Shown here piece after piece: positions 15,978 to 22,128 of a DNA stretch of 22,128 bases. A program made the position numbers and the translations under genes. The notes beneath the pieces are model-generated. The model did not search any database, was not told the origin of the DNA, and was given only the letters and a program-made list of their open reading frames with translations. Each line of letters opens with the position of its first letter. The stretch's first letter is position 1. Source of the stretch: Acidobacteriota bacterium (GTDB taxonomy: Bacteria; Acidobacteriota; UBA6911; JACQSX01); the NCBI GenBank assembly GCA_036507075.1, contig DASXQR010000161.1:1-22128 (forward strand), read 5' to 3'.

Positions 15978-17414
15978 TTAGCGAATATTGTCCCCGCCGA
16001 TCTGGTGCAGCTTCAACAGGCTGGTGTGCCCTTTCTCGATCAGAGGCGCGCCTGTCAGAATAGCCAGGCGGTCCCCCTTCTTGGCCAGTCTCCTTGTAAC
16101 CAATTCAGATTCAAGGGCAAGAATCAACTCGTCAACGTTGGAAATTTCGCGCATCCGAATCGGAGTTACTCCCCAAGTCAGCATCAGGCGCCGCACCACA
16201 GGTTCATGAGGCGTAAACGTCAGAATGTGCGATGCAGGACGGTATTTGGCGATCAGATTGGCCGTGACCCCGCTTTGTGTGAATGCCACGATGTACTTGG
16301 CGTTGATGAAATGGGAAGCGTGGTACGCCGCTTCGCAGATCGCATCCGGAAAGGTGGTCCGGCGTATGGGACTCTGCGCATGAAAAAAATGAGACAGGGC
16401 TGGAGTCTTTTCGGCTTCCTGGATAATTCGCGCCATCATTTCCACCGCTTTGATCGGATAATTGCCCGTCGCCGTTTCGGCTGAAAGCATCACGGCGTCG
16501 GTGCCGTCGAAAATTGCGTTCGCCACATCGGACGCTTCGGCCCGTGTGGGGCGCGGATTGTTCACCATCGACTCGAGCATCTGCGTCGCCGTGATCACCA
16601 ACTTTCCCGTGCGGCTGGCTTCCAGGATGATTCTCTTCTGGATTCCGGGCACTTTTTCCGGATAAATCTCGACGCCCAGATCACCGCGGGCCACCATGAC
16701 GACATCGCTGGCGTTGAGAATCTCGTCAAGATTTTCTATCGACTGGGGCTTCTCAAGCTTGGCCACAACGGGTATGTCGGTGTCGTGCTTCTGCAGCAGG
16801 CGCCTCAAGTCGTGGATGTTGCGCGCCGAACGCACAAAGGAAAGAGCGATAAAATCGAGCCGCTCACGCACCGCAAACAGAATGTCTTCCTTGTCTTTTC
16901 TGGTCAGGGACGGCGCGGTAACCTTGATGCCCGGCAGATTGATCCCCTTGTGTTCTCCCAGCAGCCCGCCGTTGATTACGTCGCATACGACTTCATGCGC
17001 CCCAGACTTCCTCACGCGAAGCTCAATCAAGCCATCAGAAAGAAGAATGCGCTTCCCCGGCCGTACATCGTGCGGCAGTCGCTTGTAGTTGGTGGAGACG
17101 ATACTGGCGTTGCCCACCACTTTTCGTGTGGTGATGATCAGTCTTCGACCCGCCTTCAATTCAATCGGCCGGCCTCCTTCCGTAGCGCCGGTTCTGATTT
17201 TCGGCCCCTGAAGGTCCTGCATAATCGCAACCGGACTCTCCAGCTGCCTGGAGACGGCTCGAATGTGGTTCACCACGGCTTTATGCGACTGATGAGTACC
17301 ATGGGAAAAGTTCAGTCTAAAAACGTCCACTCCCGCCCGAACCAGTTTCTGCAGCATCTGCGGCGAGCTGCATGAGGGTCCTACCGTGGCGACGATCTTG
17401 GTTTTCCTGCGCAT
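15978..17414 (-). CDS. pyk: Pyruvate kinase
   Basis: RKTKIVATVGP, RLNFSHG, DLQGPKIR, AKLEK, MVARGDLGVE, ATQMLESM, PTRAEASDVANA and DAVMLSAET. Start is ATG 17414 or GTG 17426. Confidence 0.97.
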   Translation of the reverse strand: MRRKTKIVATVGPSCSSPQMLQKLVRAGVDVFRLNFSHGTHQSHKAVVNHIRAVSRQLESPVAIMQDLQGPKIRTGATEGGRPIELKAGRRLIITTRKVVGNASIVSTNYKRLPHDVRPGKRILLSDGLIELRVRKSGAHEVVCDVINGGLLGEHKGINLPGIKVTAPSLTRKDKEDILFAVRERLDFIALSFVRSARNIHDLRRLLQKHDTDIPVVAKLEKPQSIENLDEILNASDVVMVARGDLGVEIYPEKVPGIQKRIILEASRTGKLVITATQMLESMVNNPRPTRAEASDVANAIFDGTDAVMLSAETATGNYPIKAVEMMARIIQEAEKTPALSHFFHAQSPIRRTTFPDAICEAAYHASHFINAKYIVAFTQSGVTANLIAKYRPASHILTFTPHEPVVRRLMLTWGVTPIRMREISNVDELILALESELVTRRLAKKGDRLAILTGAPLIEKGHTSLLKLHQIGGDNIR

Positions 17415-17477
17415 TTGAATCGACACGCTATGTTAAGATTTTTCCTTCGCAGCCCGACAAAACCGAAACAATATCAA

Positions 17478-18068
17478 ATGACGTCAAAATTACAAACGCC
17501 GAGCCGCGACCAGGCCTTTGCACTGTTGCGCGAATATACTCAGAATCCGAGCCTGATCAAACACGCGCTCGCCGTGGAAGCCGCCATGCGGGCATACGCG
17601 CGCAAATTCTCAGAAGACGAGGAAAAATGGGGTGTTGTGGGGTTGCTGCATGATTTCGATTACGAACGCTATCCCGACCCGCCGAACCATCCTCTCAAGG
17701 GAGCTGAAATCCTTGCCCAGAGGGGTTATCCCGAAGATGTCATTCATGCCATCAAGTCGCACGCCGATTATCTCGGTGTTCCCCGGCTGTCGATGATGGA
17801 CAAGGCGCTGTACGCCATAGACGAGTTGGCGGGATTTATCACAGCCGTGGCCCTGGTCCGGCCAAGCAAGAACATCGCCGATGTGACAGTCGAATCGGTA
17901 AGAAAGAAGTTCAAGGACAAAGCCTTCGCCCGCGCTGTGAAGCGTGAAGATATATTTAGAGGCGCAACGGACATGGATGTAGACTTGGACGTGCACATCC
18001 AGTTCGTGATCGACGCAATGAAATCGGCGGCAGCAGACCTGGGGTTGGATGGTTCGGCTTCAAGATGA
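17478..18068 (+). CDS. HD-domain (HDIG-type) metal-dependent phosphohydrolase
   Basis: LIKHALAVE, GLLHDFDYE, HP..G, HA, DELAGF and FKDKAFA. ATG 17478 is preferred. Confidence 0.9.
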   Translation: MTSKLQTPSRDQAFALLREYTQNPSLIKHALAVEAAMRAYARKFSEDEEKWGVVGLLHDFDYERYPDPPNHPLKGAEILAQRGYPEDVIHAIKSHADYLGVPRLSMMDKALYAIDELAGFITAVALVRPSKNIADVTVESVRKKFKDKAFARAVKREDIFRGATDMDVDLDVHIQFVIDAMKSAAADLGLDGSASR

Positions 18069-18078
18069 GGAATGTGTT

Positions 18079-18210
18079 GCCACAAAAGCACAAAACCACA
18101 AAGACCTCGGGGTGGTCCTGGGATGCTACTGTCCGGATGTAACGCCGGGTTCTGGAGGGGTGGTACTTCAGGATGAATATGGCCGCTCTGTGGCTTGGTG
18201 CCTTTGTGGC
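18079..18210. repeat. Inverted pair of octamer (nnCACAAA) triplets with an 82-bp spacer
   Basis: GCCACAAAAGCACAAAACCACAAAG (18079-18103) and CTCTGTGGCTTGGTGCCTTTGTGGC (18186-18210) are 21/25 complementary. Confidence 0.82.
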
Positions 18211-18221
18211 TAACCCCGCTG

Positions 18222-18230
18222 TGCTATACT
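18222..18230 (+). promoter_or_regulatory. Candidate extended -10 promoter (TGcTATACT) for the response regulator
   Basis: TGn-TATACT about 40 nt upstream of ATG 18270, with GGGAG downstream. Confidence 0.5.
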
Positions 18231-18269
18231 TCCAACAAATCCCTCGCGACGCTTCGGGAGTCTCTGGAA

Positions 18270-18659
18270 ATGACTAAATCCAAGGGAACTGTTCTTCTCA
18301 TCGACGACGATCCGGCAACTATTCACGCTTTGAACCATCTGCTCGTGGACTCAGGCTTTCAGGTTGTGATGGCAAAAAACGGCCAGGACGCGATCCTAAA
18401 GGCGGTAAAAACCAAGCCCGACGTGATCTTCATGGACATGATGATGCCCGGACTGGACGGTTTTAACGCGACGCGGCAATTGCGGAAGATTTCCGATTTC
18501 GATCGCGTCCCGATTATCGCATTCACCGCCATGACGGACCGCGAAAGGATCCTTTCGGTAGGTTGCGACGACTACATTCAAAAACCGCTCAAGAATGTTC
18601 CCGATTTGCTGAAGAAGATGGAAAGCTGGATTCAAACGCGATCTCAGGTAGACCGTTAG
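18270..18659 (+). CDS. Single-domain response regulator (CheY/DivK-like receiver)
   Basis: VLLIDDD, PDVIFMDMMMPGLDG (phospho-Asp), IIAFTA and DYIQKP. Confidence 0.92.
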   Translation: MTKSKGTVLLIDDDPATIHALNHLLVDSGFQVVMAKNGQDAILKAVKTKPDVIFMDMMMPGLDGFNATRQLRKISDFDRVPIIAFTAMTDRERILSVGCDDYIQKPLKNVPDLLKKMESWIQTRSQVDR

Positions 18660-18673
18660 GTCGGGCCGGTCTT

Positions 18674-18718
18674 CACAAAAGCCCAAAACGGAACCGCGAA
18701 CGCGCGAAGGCGCGAAAA
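18674..18718. repeat. Short octamer array, single arm
   Basis: CACAAAAG CCCAAAAC ... CGCGAACG CGCGAAGG CGCGAAAA between convergent stop codons. Confidence 0.6.
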
Positions 18719-18730
18719 CAACACCAACCA

Positions 18731-20374
18731 TCAGGGCGCAATAAAGACGCCGGTCTCGAACAGTTTTTCCACAGGCACGATTCGGATGTGGTCCCGCGCA
18801 ATATTGAGAGGATAAGATTCCCACGCCGCATCCTTGCGCAGGATATCGAGCCAGTCTTCGGAAACGAGAAAAAGTTTCTTCCCTTCCTTTTCGGTGGTCT
18901 CCAACTGATACTCCCTGGGATTTTTTCCTGGCGCGGGCTTCCCGGCGCCGATGCTGTCGGCCAGCCGCGTTGCTTCCGAGTCATCCGTCACCACCAGATA
19001 CTTGATGTTGTCCACCTGCAGGTGTTTTCGTATCGCGTTATTCACCTGCTCAGGCGTCACCGCGTCGATTTTCTGAAGGTAAGCATCGAGATATCCAGGC
19101 TCCTGCCGGCAAAACTGATCATCCAACCGCGCCGCCAGGATCCGTCCCACGGTTTCGGCCAGATTCAGGTAAAGCACTTTCGCTTTGTTCTTGGACAGTT
19201 CCACCTGTTCGGCGTTGAGGCCGGAAGAAATGAATTGCTGCAGTTCATAGGTAATGGTCTTCAGCAGGTGATGCGCGTACTGATGCGCGACTGGACGCAC
19301 CCAGATGCTAAAGTACTGATATCGCCTCGGCGTGTTGAAGGGGGGAAAAAGAAAGATCGGACGCCCTTCGAAGTGCTCGATGTAGGAGTAGTCTCCGTAG
19401 TTGTAACCCCTTTTCTGCCGGATTTCTTCGTACAAATGAGAAAAGCTGTCGCGATGCGTGCCGAAGTAAACATTGGCCACGTACAGAGGCCAGTAGTCTG
19501 GGTCCGTGCGGGTGACGGAAATTGGAAAGGCGGCGTGAATGCCGGTGGAATCGGCATTCGGCACGGAGACAACCACCAGGTACCGGCCCTTTACGGGCGC
19601 TGGCGCGCCAACCTCCGTCTTGGGCGCGCCTTCTGCGGCGGGCAGGGATTTGAGGGCGGCGGTTAACTTGTCGCTCCACTCTTTCTTTGCCGAGCTGATT
19701 CCGATGACCAGACTGCCGGGTTGGTAGTGCGCGCGATAAAAAGCTTCCAGGTCGGCCCGGCCAATGGCCTTCAAGCCCTGCACGGATCCCTCCGGAAGAT
19801 GAGCGTACCCGGTGCCGTCATGTACGTAGTGATCAATTGCAGCCAGTCCGAGCGCTTCGATCTCTTCGTAACGAATCACGGAGCTTACCTGTAACAGTTG
19901 TTCCTCCCTCAGGCGATCCAACTCGGCTTGAAGAAACAGCGGTTTGAGAAACATGGGACTGAGTACTGTTCGAATGAAAGTATCAAGGACGCTTTCCGGC
20001 ACGGTCATGGAGAAGGTCGTTACTTCCTTGTCGGCAAGCACCCTGGGCTTAGCTCCGTCTCCCCAAGGTCTTGTCATCTCAGCTATCTTTTCCTTCATTG
20101 TCGGATTTGAGGCATCGCCGTAACCGCCCTCCAGAATCATTTTTGCCGTGATTGCAGACAGCCCTTCTTTTCCCTGCGGATCTGCCGCCGATCCGCTTTT
20201 GACCATGATCTTGATCTCAAGCAATGGAGACGCGGCAGCCAGGCTGACTACGCGCGGAATATGTTCGGCCCAAAGCAGTCTTGTGGATGCGGGTGCGGCA
20301 ACCAGCAGAATTGCAACCAGACAGTACTGCCACCACGCCCATACTCGATTCCTGGTTCTACCATTTCCGCTCAT
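18731..20374 (-). CDS. M16 family peptidase, non-catalytic subunit, probably exported
   Basis: GSAADPQGKEGLSAITAKM lacks HxxEH. EIRQKRGYNY carries the R/Y pair. Hydrophobic N-terminal segment. ATG 20374 lies just after the upstream gene's stop. Confidence 0.85.
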   Translation of the reverse strand: MSGNGRTRNRVWAWWQYCLVAILLVAAPASTRLLWAEHIPRVVSLAAASPLLEIKIMVKSGSAADPQGKEGLSAITAKMILEGGYGDASNPTMKEKIAEMTRPWGDGAKPRVLADKEVTTFSMTVPESVLDTFIRTVLSPMFLKPLFLQAELDRLREEQLLQVSSVIRYEEIEALGLAAIDHYVHDGTGYAHLPEGSVQGLKAIGRADLEAFYRAHYQPGSLVIGISSAKKEWSDKLTAALKSLPAAEGAPKTEVGAPAPVKGRYLVVVSVPNADSTGIHAAFPISVTRTDPDYWPLYVANVYFGTHRDSFSHLYEEIRQKRGYNYGDYSYIEHFEGRPIFLFPPFNTPRRYQYFSIWVRPVAHQYAHHLLKTITYELQQFISSGLNAEQVELSKNKAKVLYLNLAETVGRILAARLDDQFCRQEPGYLDAYLQKIDAVTPEQVNNAIRKHLQVDNIKYLVVTDDSEATRLADSIGAGKPAPGKNPREYQLETTEKEGKKLFLVSEDWLDILRKDAAWESYPLNIARDHIRIVPVEKLFETGVFIAP

Positions 20375-20378
20375 AGCG

Positions 20379-21842
20379 CTATTTTCCACCCGTCATGGTC
20401 ACCACAACTTCATTGGCCGGTATGAAATATTTTTTTGCAAAGGTGTCAATATCCGCCGGTGTCAGCGACTCCACCGCGGCGATGGTTTTATCCAATACTT
20501 CCGGATCGCGATCAAAACGGTAGAACCACGCCAGTGTCTCCGCAAGGTTTGCCGGACTGCCCAGTTGCGCCAGCAGATCGTAGCGGTACTTACTCTGAAT
20601 CTGCTTCAGTTCCGCCGGCGCGTCCTTTCTCTTCGACCAGGATTTCAAATCCTGCAGACCACCACGCAGATCTGCGATGGTCTCGTCAAGCAGGCCGGTT
20701 CCCTGCTTATCGAATTTTTCCTTGAACAAGCGCGTTTCCACTATCAGCAGCCGGGGATGAAAGCTCTCATAGTTTTGCTTGGTGAGGCTGAGCTCACTTG
20801 CGGTCTTTTTGTCGTATCTGAGCTTTTTGTAAAGGGGGGCGGTCTCGGACGCAAGCAGTTCGGGAAGGATTTGGCCCACTGCCGTTTCTTTATCTCCGGT
20901 CTTAAACGCCGGCACACGGTATGCCATATGGACCTGTGGAGGCACATCTGCGCTCCAGGGGACATGATTTCTCTTGGGGCCTTCCGCAGGCTCTGGAAGG
21001 GGGAGTTTCGGCTGCGGCTTGGCTTCCCAAGCGCCGTAGTAACGCTGCGCCACGTCAAAGATTTCCTGCGTTTTCACGTCTCCGGCCACAGTCAGGACCG
21101 CATTATTTGGACGGTAATACTGGTTATAAAACTGTACGGCCGCCCGGTATTCGTTCGGCATGTCTTCCACGTCTTCCAGGTAACCCATCGTGGTGTGGCC
21201 ATAGCCGTGCGAACCAAACGCCGCAGCGAACATGACTTCCTCCATTTTTCGTGCCGGTTGCGAAGCGTTCTTTCGATATTCGCCCAGCACGGCGCCCGCT
21301 TCGGTCTTAAAAATCTCTTCCGTGAAATCCAGCCTGGTAAACCGGTCCGCTTCGAGCTCGGCCAGCCCTGCACGCCGGCTGTTGCTGTTGAGATTTGATG
21401 TGAAGGTAAGCGGATGATAGAAGGTCACGTCAAACCAGGTCCACGCATTATTAAAAACGCCCATTTCGTTAACGCGCCGTTCGTAGCCGTTTTGCTCGCC
21501 GCGAAAACGGTGACGGAACAGAATGTGCTCGAACAAATGAGCCAGCCCGCTCTTGCCTTTCTCTATTTCGTTTCGAGCACCCGCCAGCACCAGTGTGTTG
21601 TAAGAGAGCATGCTTTTAAATTCCGGCATCTCGACTACAAGCACATCCAGTCCGTTTGCCAGTGTCTTCTTTTGTATCGCATACGGGAAAAACCGTGCCG
21701 CTGCAGGCGGGCTCGCCGTGCGCGAGGCTTGACGGTTGCGGGCGTCCGATTTGGCGGCATTCGGAACACGCCTCTTATCCTCCGCGTTGAGCATTGAACA
21801 GAGCAGCAGGATTAGAAACAGAACGCCGGGAAGCCGTCGCAT
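20379..21842 (-). CDS. M16 (pitrilysin/insulinase) family zinc peptidase, catalytic subunit with a signal peptide
   Basis: GLAHLFEH (HxxEH), NAWTWFDVTFYH, EAGAVLGE and YYRPNNA. ATG 21842 has a GGAGG Shine-Dalgarno and signal peptide MRRLPGVLFLILLLCSMLNA. Confidence 0.92.
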   Translation of the reverse strand: MRRLPGVLFLILLLCSMLNAEDKRRVPNAAKSDARNRQASRTASPPAAARFFPYAIQKKTLANGLDVLVVEMPEFKSMLSYNTLVLAGARNEIEKGKSGLAHLFEHILFRHRFRGEQNGYERRVNEMGVFNNAWTWFDVTFYHPLTFTSNLNSNSRRAGLAELEADRFTRLDFTEEIFKTEAGAVLGEYRKNASQPARKMEEVMFAAAFGSHGYGHTTMGYLEDVEDMPNEYRAAVQFYNQYYRPNNAVLTVAGDVKTQEIFDVAQRYYGAWEAKPQPKLPLPEPAEGPKRNHVPWSADVPPQVHMAYRVPAFKTGDKETAVGQILPELLASETAPLYKKLRYDKKTASELSLTKQNYESFHPRLLIVETRLFKEKFDKQGTGLLDETIADLRGGLQDLKSWSKRKDAPAELKQIQSKYRYDLLAQLGSPANLAETLAWFYRFDRDPEVLDKTIAAVESLTPADIDTFAKKYFIPANEVVVTMTGGK

Positions 21843-22009
21843 GGATACCTCCGGACTCATTTTAGCGTGGTTTATTCTGAACCTGCCGGCAAGGTTTTTC
21901 AGAAAGGACAAAAGCCGATGACGTCAACGTCTACGTCTTGCGACTACGCCTGTCCAAATTAGTTCTTGGGATTGCGAGAAGGCGATTAGTTAAATAGCCG
22001 TGGATCACC

Positions 22010-22128
22010 AGCCCGCCGCCTTTTGGCGGGCGCCAGCCTGTAGCCCACGGCGCAGCGAAGCGCAGCCGTGGGAATTGCGGCTCTCTCATAAGATAAAGCC
22101 CGCCCGCTTTTTCAGGCGGGCGACAGCC
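22010..22128. repeat. REP-like multi-hairpin cluster (A-B-A), probably continuing past the window
   Basis: Hairpin A GCCCGCC..GGCGGGC at 22011-22031 and again at 22098-22121. Hairpin B GTAG-CCCACGGC..GCCGTGGG at 22040-22072. Confidence 0.82.

Noticed and set aside
13912..18659. STAS, receiver and HD proteins as one partner-switching signalling system
   Set aside because: The genes are separated by unrelated metabolic genes, and no kinase, anti-sigma factor or PP2C phosphatase is present.
18563..21398. Long plus-strand ORFs 18563-19666 and 20148-21398, and other long antisense ORFs such as 598-1626, 7085-7951 and 15061-15867
   Set aside because: They are antisense shadows of well-supported genes, which is common in GC-rich DNA, and show no recognisable motifs.

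Overview
A GC-rich bacterial chromosomal window. The gene content and REP-like motifs look like Acidobacteria, but that is an inference. It opens with the last 41 codons and probable right end of an IS1595-family element. Housekeeping and accessory genes follow: glutamine-dependent NAD+ synthetase, a hypothetical protein with an internal repeat, a ~1340-aa secreted Ig-repeat protein, a Tat-exported M24 peptidase, an unannotated 59-aa zinc-ribbon protein, a UgtP/MGDG-synthase-like glycosyltransferase, a FAR-like SDR, a lipoprotein, HU, DUF1232, a PmtA-like methyltransferase, a STAS protein, a D-2-hydroxyacid dehydrogenase, pyruvate kinase, an HD protein, a receiver-only response regulator and a two-gene M16B peptidase pair. 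The most striking signal is non-coding. Many intergenic spaces hold a cassette of degenerate short tandem repeats with unit lengths of 5/10, 6, 7, 8 or 9 bp. Most are arranged as two inverted arms that start 0-15 nt after a stop codon, and three have a second, unrelated palindrome nested at the centre. GTAG-type REP hairpins are also present. I saw no CRISPR array, rRNA or tRNA.
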